Of a stretch of 64,000 nucleotides of DNA, positions 55,311-64,000 are shown piece after piece. The position numbers and the translations under genes were made by a program. The notes beneath the pieces were generated by a model. That model made no database searches and was not told the origin of the DNA. It was given only the letters and a program-made list of their open reading frames with translations. The stretch is from an uncultured Gammaproteobacteria bacterium (GTDB lineage: Bacteria; Patescibacteriota; Microgenomatia; UBA10105; UBA927): the NCBI GenBank assembly GCA_964515005.1, contig CAZEVT010000001.1:310720-374719 (forward strand), written 5' to 3'. Numbering within the stretch: the first letter of the stretch is position 1; the number at the start of each line of letters is the position of its first letter.

Positions 55311-55922
55311 ATGCCACGTAAGAAATATTTCACCGTTTTCATTGCCATAGGTATAACTATCGGTGCGGTTCTTTTGGTCAGCAAGAATGCTCGTCATCAG
55401 TCTCTATGCGATGGACTCAGGTGCATCCGGATGACAGATAGCCAGTCATATCAAGAAAAAGAACTATATAGTGATACTCCCAACGTCTACCGTGCGCTCT
55501 ATAGCTTTGGAGAGCGGTATATTCGCATCGAAGCCCAGCGCGTGAGTTCGGCAGACGCAGAGCAAACACTTGAGGGTTCCGTGACGCGCATGAAGGCGCT
55601 GTTTGAAAATGCTCCCGCCCCGTACCCGGGTGAAATATCCGACACCATCGTGTGTGATAAAGCATTTGCCCCAACATATGCCGAGCGAAGCCCAACCACA
55701 GATGGATCCCTAAAATACTTTATCGGATATCTTAACAATCGTATGACCTTTGGGTCGTGTTCTGTGGATCAGGCAGTATACAAAGGGATCATGGGGTTCA
55801 TGTATTGTCCCAATCGTGCGGTCATTGTGCGTGTTGAACTCATTGCACCAACAAGAGAATTTCAAGCGAATGAGGAAGTCCTTACCTCTCAATTTCTTTC
55901 CCTTGGGTGCAGCGGGGATTAG
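55311..55922 (+). CDS. TM-anchored hypothetical protein with six Cys
   Basis: N-terminal TM, APYPGEISD..VC, FGSC, YC. Fills the gap between flanking genes. Confidence 0.72.
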   Translation: MPRKKYFTVFIAIGITIGAVLLVSKNARHQSLCDGLRCIRMTDSQSYQEKELYSDTPNVYRALYSFGERYIRIEAQRVSSADAEQTLEGSVTRMKALFENAPAPYPGEISDTIVCDKAFAPTYAERSPTTDGSLKYFIGYLNNRMTFGSCSVDQAVYKGIMGFMYCPNRAVIVRVELIAPTREFQANEEVLTSQFLSLGCSGD

Positions 55923-57904
55923 GGGAGAAAGATATCCAGCGGCTTGCCCTGGACAAAATCGGGGATTTTCACTTTAAGCGCTTTCATGATCGTCGGATAT
56001 TGATCGATGAGGGAAAATGGTGTATTTCCCAAGAAATGATTGCGTTTTATGCCCGGTCCAGCCATGATAAAGGGCGTCCACATTCCGGGAACGTCCTGTG
56101 CTTTAATAGCCTGTTTGTATCCCGAGATGAGGGGTTTTTCAAACAGACGCCGGTCTTGCGTCATCTCCTCATTCCATCCGTACCCGGGCGCGTTTGCGAT
56201 AATAAGGTCTCCTGCGCGGTCCGGATCCATGCGGACATGGTCGCGGGCGTCTTCCCATTTTACAATATCGGCAAGAGGGGCAACTCCTTCAGGAGTTTTT
56301 ACGTTTTTGAGGGTCTCGATGACTTGGTTTCGCAGAAGTTCATACGCCGGGCCGCTTGCGCGCTCGTAATTTCCATCAAGCCCATTGGGATTGATATAGA
56401 TATGTGCCATTTTGAGATAGACGACTTTGGAATTTTTCCAGTCGATAATCGGTTCTCCAGTTTTGGGATCAATCGTAAAGGAGAGCCAGCCCTTTTGCGC
56501 AAATAGGTTATTGAGGTTTACGTAGGTGTTGATAGGTACCGCGCCGTGATCACTACTGATGACAATATATGAGTTCGGGCCTTTTTTCGCGAGTATTTGC
56601 CCGATGAGCACATCAAGCTCTTTATACATATCCTGTACTTCCATCCAAAGTTTTTCCCGTTCAGTAGGCGTTACATCTTTGTAGGTAGTGCTTGCCGGAT
56701 CCACAGATCCCATCCACCAGCGGCTGGTGAGCATCTGGTTCGGGGTATAGATGTCATGGATTACCACATCAGGCTTAAAGAGGTTGAGGACCGCAGCTAC
56801 CGCCTTCGTATGCCAGGCGTAGGACATCGTCGCCTCATCTTGGAATATCTGCTTGTCTTCGGGGTAGTAGATAAGCTGGGCGGGGAAGTTATCAGCAAAA
56901 TCCACCTGCGGGCCCGTGGCCGCGAGCATTTTTTCGGCCGCTTCCTGCGGGAATGTATTGTATTGGTTGAGCGTGTCATAGAGAACGCGTACCCGGAAGA
57001 AGCCAGTGGGATCAAGCTTGACGATCGCAAGCTTCATATGGGAGGGGATTTTGATCTCTTCGTCTTGAGGCTTCCAGGTGAGCGTCACCGGCATCCAGTT
57101 GCTCCAGGTGGCTTCGGTCAGATCGGCAAGTATCGCGGTTTTGTCCATAGAAAAGGCTACTTTGTCATAGTTTGTTATTTTGTCATCTGTTGTGTCATAG
57201 ATATATCCATATATGGTAGCGCCCCAGCCGGTTAAGGCTATTTCTTTTCCCGGGCTGAATGTTACCGGCGCATTCTTCCAGTCTTTAACAAGGGTATCGT
57301 CTATATAATTGGTGAGAGCTGGCCCGAAGTAGAAAAATCTAGATCCTCTTCCCTGGGCAATTTTTCGGGATACATCTCCTTTGGTTTCGAAAAGGAGGGC
57401 AAAAAAATCCGGCCCCCATCCGCCCCAGCGGCCACGCATGACGATTCCTTTTTGAATTTCCGGAGGAGTGGATCCGGGAACCGATATGATGGCGACTTTT
57501 TTGCCTGCTTCTTCGAGGGTTTTCCAAATAGGGGGGACCTTTTTGGCGGTTGAACTGAAGCCGCCGATGGCGACTTTATCCAGTGGCTTGCCAATTGCTC
57601 TCATGGGGCCATCATCCACGCCGTTTATCTCCGGGTACGAACCCGTCAAAAGCGCGGCAAAGTTCGTCGGCGTATGGCTGGGGAAATTGGGATACGAATA
57701 GCCGTAGGACCCCATCTCCATGAGCTTCTTTATATTCGGCAGCTTTCCTTCCTTGGCCCATTGGAATACGGTGAAAAGGTCCGGCTCTGCACGTACTCCG
57801 TCGGGAATAAACCAGTAAAGTGTGTATGAGGGGACAAGGCGGGGGATAAGAAAAACACCAATAAGTATAAGTAGTCCGATCACCAGATATCGGAGTCGTG
57901 TCAT
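55919..57904 (-). CDS. Nucleotide pyrophosphatase/phosphodiesterase (NPP)-family protein
   Basis: IPDG, PSHTPTNFAALLTG, ISSDHG, DQYPT. Start refined to ATG 57904. Confidence 0.87.
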   Translation of the reverse strand: MTRLRYLVIGLLILIGVFLIPRLVPSYTLYWFIPDGVRAEPDLFTVFQWAKEGKLPNIKKLMEMGSYGYSYPNFPSHTPTNFAALLTGSYPEINGVDDGPMRAIGKPLDKVAIGGFSSTAKKVPPIWKTLEEAGKKVAIISVPGSTPPEIQKGIVMRGRWGGWGPDFFALLFETKGDVSRKIAQGRGSRFFYFGPALTNYIDDTLVKDWKNAPVTFSPGKEIALTGWGATIYGYIYDTTDDKITNYDKVAFSMDKTAILADLTEATWSNWMPVTLTWKPQDEEIKIPSHMKLAIVKLDPTGFFRVRVLYDTLNQYNTFPQEAAEKMLAATGPQVDFADNFPAQLIYYPEDKQIFQDEATMSYAWHTKAVAAVLNLFKPDVVIHDIYTPNQMLTSRWWMGSVDPASTTYKDVTPTEREKLWMEVQDMYKELDVLIGQILAKKGPNSYIVISSDHGAVPINTYVNLNNLFAQKGWLSFTIDPKTGEPIIDWKNSKVVYLKMAHIYINPNGLDGNYERASGPAYELLRNQVIETLKNVKTPEGVAPLADIVKWEDARDHVRMDPDRAGDLIIANAPGYGWNEEMTQDRRLFEKPLISGYKQAIKAQDVPGMWTPFIMAGPGIKRNHFLGNTPFSLIDQYPTIMKALKVKIPDFVQGKPLDIFLP

Positions 57905-57911
57905 GAGAAAT

Positions 57912-57940
57912 ACTATAAGAGTGGTATGGACAAATGTCAA
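57912..57940 (-). promoter_or_regulatory. Near-consensus promoter, leaderless geometry
   Basis: TTGACA-17-TATAGT, 7 nt before ATG. Confidence 0.75.
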
Positions 57941-57949
57941 GGAGGCGCG

Positions 57950-57978
57950 TTGCATTTTACCAGGGTGTATGTCAGACT
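57950..57978 (+). promoter_or_regulatory. Pilin promoter
   Basis: TTGCAT-17-CAGACT with TGT upstream of the -10. Confidence 0.55.
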
Positions 57979-57989
57979 AATTGTATTGT

Positions 57990-58655
57990 ATGCGTTTGGT
58001 AAGACAAAAAGGCTTTACCCTCGTCGAACTTCTCATTGTCATTGCGCTTGTTATTATTATTCTTATCTTGGTCCTTTTAAGCTTGAGGACACAGATAATG
58101 CGGGCCCGGGACGCTAAGCGAAAAACAGATCTGAGCCGTATCCAGAAATCATTTGAGGAATATGTTAATGATCGGGATAGATACCCCAATGAGGATATTT
58201 TAGATAATTGTGAAAGCCATGACCTCGCTCCGTACCTTGAATCGGTTCCCTGTGATCCTTCTACCCGTGAGCCCTACCTGTATGTGCCCGTTGAGCCTGT
58301 GGGCGCCGGGTATCGAGTGTGTACCAAACTCGAGGATAAGAAGGATCCTGACATTAAGCTTCTCGGATGCCATCCCGACAACGGCTGCGGGTACGGCGCC
58401 GGGTATAATTATTGTCTGGCCGTAGGCGTACCGGTGACGCCCGACGGATTTAATCCGTTTGCCGAACCTACCCCTACGCCCACCCCTACGCCGTTCTATG
58501 CAGGAAGTTACGCCTGTACGCCTGGCGGCGCCTGCAATAATTATGATGATCCGAGTAAACCCCAATATGGCTGTCCGGTCTCCTGGGAATTTGGCTGCCC
58601 TGTACAGGGATCAAGAGAGGCTTGTGATAATCCCGCAAACCGTTGTCGTCTGTAA
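57990..58655 (+). CDS. Type IV pilin with PT linker and Cys-rich C-terminal domain
   Basis: G/FTLVELLIV, ARDAKRKTDL..YP, EPTPTPTPTP, twelve Cys. Start refined to 57990. Confidence 0.9.
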   Translation: MRLVRQKGFTLVELLIVIALVIIILILVLLSLRTQIMRARDAKRKTDLSRIQKSFEEYVNDRDRYPNEDILDNCESHDLAPYLESVPCDPSTREPYLYVPVEPVGAGYRVCTKLEDKKDPDIKLLGCHPDNGCGYGAGYNYCLAVGVPVTPDGFNPFAEPTPTPTPTPFYAGSYACTPGGACNNYDDPSKPQYGCPVSWEFGCPVQGSREACDNPANRCRL

Positions 58656-58663
58656 GCTGCAAT

Positions 58664-61600
58664 CTAGTTTATAATCCACCAATTAAATTCAACTGGTACA
58701 GAAAGCGGGGAATCTAATCCTACGGTGAAGGCGACATGTGGTATTTTGTCAACCACATACAAAACTTGATTGTCGGTTGAGCCCACCGGAGTGATGTAGA
58801 TAAGACTGTGATCAGTCACCTGCGTATTGGCAAGGGTGACCTGGTATTGTCCTGCCGCAAGTGTAGCCTGACCAATTGTTGGAGAGTTTTGCGTTTGTTC
58901 GGTAACCAACAATCGGGTGGTGGATAATTGTCCGGAAAACGATGCATTGCCCGAGGCGTCTATGGTTCCGACGATATTACCATTGGAGCCGCGGACTAAT
59001 AGTTTAGCAAACTCACTCCCTTGACTGCCAGAATTAGCAGAATCAGTTGCGGTAATTGGGCGGGAAATATCTATAACTAAGTCACTGGTATCAATGGGAG
59101 AGATTGTATTTGCGCCCAAAACTCCAGTAATTTCGAGATTGCCGTTTATCACCACATTCCCCAATGTGTTGACGACAATCGTGCCGTTCATAATATCGAG
59201 TGCTGCGAGTTTGCTCTTTTGCAGATAGAGCGTATCGCCAAAGCTTTCGATGCCGCCGGCTCCGATATGCACCGTTCCATCAACATCCAATCCTCCCGCA
59301 ACAGTGGTCCTGCCGAGGAGGGTCTCCCCGAAGACGGCAAGGGAATTGGTAAGCGTAATATCCCGGGTAATCTCCACATGGTTTTCCGTGACCGTTGCTC
59401 CGAAGGCAAACAGCGCGCTGGCTGTTGCCTCACCGATAGACCGGACAAGATCGGGTTGATCAGAAATAGGTGCTGCAGCGGGCGTTGCATACGTCAATTG
59501 GGTGATATTGGTAACAAATGTCGCCGACTGGGTGCTCGTTTGGAGTTCTCCATACCGGGTGACAATTCGGTCGGCATAGAGCGTACCGGCAACCGTGGCA
59601 TCAGACTGGACCTCAAGGTTTTCTGAAACGAGTACACCTGAAAATGTGGCATTTCCTAGGGAATCGAATGAGGTAGTCGGCCTGCCTTCCTGGTCGGTGA
59701 TCGTTAAGGATTGTTCCGGATTGAGCTCAACTGCGATTCCCGCTGAAGTGCTGGCAATTGGCGAGATTATATCAACGCTCAATTTGTTGATGGAGGCCAC
59801 GGGGGAGACAAGTGATTGGCCAACCACGATAGTTTGGGCAGCGATGTCATACGCCTGCAAAAACCCTGTGGATACCTGGCCACTGACTATCTGGGCAAAC
59901 GTTCCCAGACGGGTGAGCAGTTCTCCGGTCTGGTGATTGATGACCTCCCACACATCAGTAACGATGGTAAATGCCCCGCCGTCAGAAATATCAGCGTCGG
60001 GGGCCGCGCTTACGGACTGTACAAGTACAAGGACTCTGTCTTTCCCAAGATCCGGCGTCCAGTTTTCCAGTGCGCGACCCATAATGAGGTCTCCCGGGTT
60101 TGCCTTGCGGCCACGGCCGGGGATACGGGCAGAGGTGATCGCGTCTCCTGCGGCAATCGCCGCGGAATTCGAGGCGATTTTCACCGGAATCCGGCCCGCC
60201 AAGGCCAAAAGTCTTCGGTTGGGGGCTTCCAGGCCAAGCATATTTCCTGCCCTAGTTGAAATGCCGCCGATAAGTTTTTGATCATTGGCTTTGGTGGTTT
60301 TGCGAAGGATCGGTACGTCGTATTCATCTAATTCCCCTGTGACGGCAACCAGATCGCCTTCTTCGATCGCATCATCCTCCACGGTATACCACTCGGCAAG
60401 GTCGGCTCCAAACACCACCGCGTCAAGCCTTAATTGCTGAGTATCTCCGCTAAAATTATATAGTCTGACTGTATTTGCATCTGTTTGGACTATTTTGAAT
60501 CCGTTATTCCATTCAATCCTAACGTTATATAGTTTTGGCCGGAAGGCGTTGTTAGTTGTTGTAATAATCGCTCTATACTGAATATATTCATTTGGAGTAG
60601 AGGATATGGTATGCCCTGAGGCCGCATTCATGAGCCGTTCTCCCTGAATATTATCGATATACAGCGTCTGGCCAGTTGCATTAAGAGAGGTGACCCTGAG
60701 CTTTGTTATAGCATTTCTTTGGGATTCATCGATATCTGTTATATCCCAATAGACTTTTTGCCAGGTATTAACGGAATCTATATTAAATGTTTCTTCTTGT
60801 TCTGTTGCAGCACTCTCACCTATACCAAGCTTGAAGACGTTCCCGGTTGTACTGCTATAGACCCACATGCTGATAAGATCATAATTTGAAAGATCAGTTG
60901 AAGAGATGGTGGCTCCTGCATATTGACCGGATGCGCTGTACGTATCAGCGCTTCCCGAGTTGTAGAGATCTGTTTTTTCAGTCGTAGAAAGAACTTTTTT
61001 CCAGAATCCGACCTCATCGATAAGACCGTCAAAGAAGCTCGTTTCTGCGGTTGTCGTTGCTCCTATTCTGAAGTTGGCGGCGGTATCGGCGGGAACTCCC
61101 GTTTCTGCTGCGGAATCTGCCGTACCATTATTAACAGAAATATTACAGGTGTTGGCTGTTGCGTCGTGCCAAGCCAGAACATAATACCAAGTTGCTGTTG
61201 TTGTCGCACCAAACGTGTTTGCGGTGACCGTACATCTTGATGTACCACCGCTGTCGAATAACTCGAATTGTAATCTGTCCGCTGTTGCTCCGGTATAGTA
61301 AAGGGAGTATTCGCGGACTGTGGCGCTCTCATATTTACTTATAATCGTTTCTTGGGTTGTACCGGCCGATTCACTCTCCATATTTATCCAGGCTCCCACG
61401 GTAAAATCAATGTCTCCAGTTGAAGCAGATGAGTTGTCGGCAACTTCAAAAAAGTTGCCATTGGTTAGTTCCAGATCGGCGGCATTGCTTATTTTGCCTG
61501 TTCCGCTCAAAATATATGAGGTCGCGGATCGGTTGTCTGTTAAATTATTCGTACCAAAGCTATCACTTCTGGTGACTGGTGTTCCTGCAACAGCACTGCT

Positions 61601-64000
61601 TTCATTCATCGTCCAGTACGAGGTGAGGGAAGTGGTGAGTGTTCCCGCGGTATCCTGCTGAAAGCCACTGGCGGTAATCTTGGTAATATTTCCGGCGGTT
61701 GCCTCGTCTTCGTCTTCAAACTCATCAACGTTGCGAGTGACTGCTGTATCGTCGGCAACGTTAAGCGTGGTACTGGTCCAATCACCGTGCGTATTAGCAT
61801 TGTTTAAGACTTTAATATTGGTATTGACAACAGCCGGTCTCCACGGCTCCCACGATCCATCCGTTGCGTTATTACTCTTGCCAGTTCTCGTTTGGAACTG
61901 CACCATTCCGTAACTATTTTGATCAAAATTAAATGTCAGTTTATTGAGTTCCGTGGAGTTGGGGGTAGCCACCTCATCGGAAACAAAGAGAGCGTAGTTA
62001 TTTACACTGGTTGACGCACTATCTGCGGTGGGGCTGGTCGTTCCTGAGATTGAGGTGACATAGGATATTGCGATCCTTCCACTTCCTCCGGCTCCACCTG
62101 CGTTGGCAGCTGTTGCGCCGCCATTCCACATACCATTACCACCTGAACCACCTGCTGCAGTAACGAGGGATGAGCCTAATGTGAGGGTATTTCCAATTAA
62201 TTTAATTGACCCTCCCGCGGCTCCGCCACCACCGCCTGAATATGAACTCGCTGCTCCCGAGCCGGCTGTGCCTGTTTCACCTGTTGATGTGATCCCCCCG
62301 GAAACAGTGACTGTGTTTGCTGCGATGTAGATAATGCCGCCTCCATCTCCGCCTGCTCCTGGTATTGAAGCACCTGCAACATATTCTGCTCCTTCACCGC
62401 CAGCTGTGCCAAACATAAGGTCGGTTAAAACTGCGTCTCCGTATGTTCCACCTCCACCTCCACCTCCACCATTAACGCCTGTACCTGCTCCGTTTGCCGA
62501 ACTATTAGTTCCACCGGCTGTTGCATCAGCTCCATCGGTAGCTATACCTCCACCTCCCGCGGTCCCATATCCTCCACCCCCACCTCCTGAATCATATCCA
62601 CCACCACCTCCACCAGCACCGCCGGATGTAGCACTCCCAGTGCCACCAGTATTACCACCTCCACCTCCACCACAATATCCTGTACCACCCGCACTGGCGC
62701 CACCGTTGTATCCACCTCCACCTCCAGCTGAACCAGCTGTTCCAGTCACATTATTACCCCCAATCCCTCCTGGGCCACAAAATGCCTCTCCGCCATCTCC
62801 ACCCGCGCCATTCGCGGGAGCATCATCGTCACTGGTGCCAATATATCCTTTAGAGTTAGCGTTGATAGTAGTTGATGCATTTATGGTGACGGTTCCAGAA
62901 GCTCGGAAAAATATGACTCCACCTTCACCAGCACCGTTATTTACTGCTCCAGTGGGGGATACCCATTCATCAGGATAGAAGTCTGTGCCGGATGTGGTTG
63001 TTGTGACATTGGTATAATTTGGCACCCTTTGGAGCATGACAATTTGGCTTCCGGAAGAAAGACCAATGCTCGTATCATCCGTCGTATTTGCTCCGTAGTA
63101 TTTACTTTTACCTGTGGTAAAGGTTATAACATTTGCGACAATACTTCGCACCCGTAACGTTTCATAGTTGCCAACATTGACAAAAGCGGAGTTTCCACCC
63201 TGAAGATTAATCAGAACCACTTCATCGTTAACTGCAAGACACCCCGTGGATGGAGCCGATTCAAGAGTTGCAGTAGTGGAAGTGAGCGCAGTAACAGAAT
63301 AGTTGACAGCATCGCCTCCATCTGCACAGGACCTACCGGAGATTAGACTCGTGGCATTGATACTGGTGTCCGAGGAAACTGTGATGGCACCGTCGGCACC
63401 AGTGCCGGGATCGTAGGTCGTTTGTTGGGTGATACTGGTTGGGGCAACTTCGGTATGAATGCTTTTGTTGTTGTCCAGTTCGGATTCCGTCATCTGGAGT
63501 CTTCCCGACGTGTAGTAATTCACGTCATTGAGGCTTCTGACTCTATTGGCATCAATCGTGTAGGTCCCAACAGGGTTGGTGTAGGCTAATTGAATAGCAC
63601 TTATACTTGGTTGGTTTGCAGTATTGGTCGTTGTGAGTATTGCCCGGTATTGTACATAGGTATTTGCCGTGGAAGTAATGGCGGATCCTGCAGGAGTGGT
63701 TAAGAGAGACTTTTCTGCCTTTATGCTATCCACATACACCGTAGAATTGGTTTGAGTGATGTACACGCGAAGTGCGGTGACACCATTGCGATCAGCAGCA
63801 GCAATATCGGAAATATCCCAATATACTTTTTGCCATGTATTGATAGCGTCTACTGTCACAGTTTCTTGAGATTCAACGCCTGTGTCAGTGATAGAAAGTT
63901 TTACCAGATTTCCTGATCCGGTGGCATATACCCAAGCCGAGATATAATCAAAACCGGAAAGATCAGTAGTGCTGATTGTGTCTTCATTGAATCCAGCCGC
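58664..64000 (-). CDS. Giant surface protein, 5' end outside window (CBM-like repeats, Gly-rich region, LamG domain, tail-spike chaperone-like domain)
   Basis: The frame is open to base 64000 (more than 1770 aa). LamG motifs (FTVGAWI, WYYVLAWHD, FDGLIDEVGFWKKVLS), GGxGG tracts, GADLAEWY...LAGRIPVKI..GDAITS..GRALE, C-terminal FNWWIIN. Confidence 0.9.
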   Translation of the reverse strand, partial: AAGFNEDTISTTDLSGFDYISAWVYATGSGNLVKLSITDTGVESQETVTVDAINTWQKVYWDISDIAAADRNGVTALRVYITQTNSTVYVDSIKAEKSLLTTPAGSAITSTANTYVQYRAILTTTNTANQPSISAIQLAYTNPVGTYTIDANRVRSLNDVNYYTSGRLQMTESELDNNKSIHTEVAPTSITQQTTYDPGTGADGAITVSSDTSINATSLISGRSCADGGDAVNYSVTALTSTTATLESAPSTGCLAVNDEVVLINLQGGNSAFVNVGNYETLRVRSIVANVITFTTGKSKYYGANTTDDTSIGLSSGSQIVMLQRVPNYTNVTTTTSGTDFYPDEWVSPTGAVNNGAGEGGVIFFRASGTVTINASTTINANSKGYIGTSDDDAPANGAGGDGGEAFCGPGGIGGNNVTGTAGSAGGGGGYNGGASAGGTGYCGGGGGGNTGGTGSATSGGAGGGGGGYDSGGGGGGYGTAGGGGIATDGADATAGGTNSSANGAGTGVNGGGGGGGGTYGDAVLTDLMFGTAGGEGAEYVAGASIPGAGGDGGGIIYIAANTVTVSGGITSTGETGTAGSGAASSYSGGGGGAAGGSIKLIGNTLTLGSSLVTAAGGSGGNGMWNGGATAANAGGAGGSGRIAISYVTSISGTTSPTADSASTSVNNYALFVSDEVATPNSTELNKLTFNFDQNSYGMVQFQTRTGKSNNATDGSWEPWRPAVVNTNIKVLNNANTHGDWTSTTLNVADDTAVTRNVDEFEDEDEATAGNITKITASGFQQDTAGTLTTSLTSYWTMNESSAVAGTPVTRSDSFGTNNLTDNRSATSYILSGTGKISNAADLELTNGNFFEVADNSSASTGDIDFTVGAWINMESESAGTTQETIISKYESATVREYSLYYTGATADRLQFELFDSGGTSRCTVTANTFGATTTATWYYVLAWHDATANTCNISVNNGTADSAAETGVPADTAANFRIGATTTAETSFFDGLIDEVGFWKKVLSTTEKTDLYNSGSADTYSASGQYAGATISSTDLSNYDLISMWVYSSTTGNVFKLGIGESAATEQEETFNIDSVNTWQKVYWDITDIDESQRNAITKLRVTSLNATGQTLYIDNIQGERLMNAASGHTISSTPNEYIQYRAIITTTNNAFRPKLYNVRIEWNNGFKIVQTDANTVRLYNFSGDTQQLRLDAVVFGADLAEWYTVEDDAIEEGDLVAVTGELDEYDVPILRKTTKANDQKLIGGISTRAGNMLGLEAPNRRLLALAGRIPVKIASNSAAIAAGDAITSARIPGRGRKANPGDLIMGRALENWTPDLGKDRVLVLVQSVSAAPDADISDGGAFTIVTDVWEVINHQTGELLTRLGTFAQIVSGQVSTGFLQAYDIAAQTIVVGQSLVSPVASINKLSVDIISPIASTSAGIAVELNPEQSLTITDQEGRPTTSFDSLGNATFSGVLVSENLEVQSDATVAGTLYADRIVTRYGELQTSTQSATFVTNITQLTYATPAAAPISDQPDLVRSIGEATASALFAFGATVTENHVEITRDITLTNSLAVFGETLLGRTTVAGGLDVDGTVHIGAGGIESFGDTLYLQKSKLAALDIMNGTIVVNTLGNVVINGNLEITGVLGANTISPIDTSDLVIDISRPITATDSANSGSQGSEFAKLLVRGSNGNIVGTIDASGNASFSGQLSTTRLLVTEQTQNSPTIGQATLAAGQYQVTLANTQVTDHSLIYITPVGSTDNQVLYVVDKIPHVAFTVGLDSPLSVPVEFNWWIIN

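Noticed and set aside
62334-62978. 214-aa Pro-rich plus-strand ORF
   Set aside because: Antisense mirror of the Gly-rich region of the giant protein.
1-64000. CRISPR array, DGR/retron, prophage, IS element, rRNA or recoded stop codons
   Set aside because: No spaced repeats, reverse transcriptase, transposase, phage structural or rRNA motifs seen by eye. TGA, TAA and TAG all end well-defined genes.

Overview
This is a gene-dense bacterial chromosomal segment using the standard code, with frequent ATGA stop/start overlaps. Gene content and style point to a Patescibacteria (CPR) genome, probably Microgenomates; this is an inference, not a database result. The left part holds a partial isoprenoid-synthase-like ORF, rpsA, radA, a GT2, a PIN-TRAM gene, an AT-rich islet of small ORFs and candidate sRNAs, rho with a long disordered N-terminus, a lipoprotein and a LysM-M23 peptidase. 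Two tRNA-Ala genes follow, flanking an HTH plus LAGLIDADG-like ORF whose stop codon lies inside the downstream tRNA. Most of the rest is surface-glycosylation machinery: about seven GT-C-type membrane enzymes, many GT2/GT4s, PssD/E, Wzm/Wzt, three O-antigen-ligase-like proteins, a radical SAM enzyme and three Thr-nucleophile alkaline-phosphatase-superfamily enzymes. Also present are a PaaK-like ligase with an SsuA/TauA-type ABC importer, an LRR protein, three Cys-rich type IV pilins and the 3' part of a giant surface protein. No rRNA, CRISPR array, integrase, transposase or reverse transcriptase was seen. The strongest leads are the tRNA-overlapping HTH-LAGLIDADG gene, a convergent small-protein/sRNA pair, a pilin-bracketed glycan island with matching promoters, in-frame palindromic and periodic insertions, and pervasive leaderless-style promoters. 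All family calls come from motif recognition by eye.
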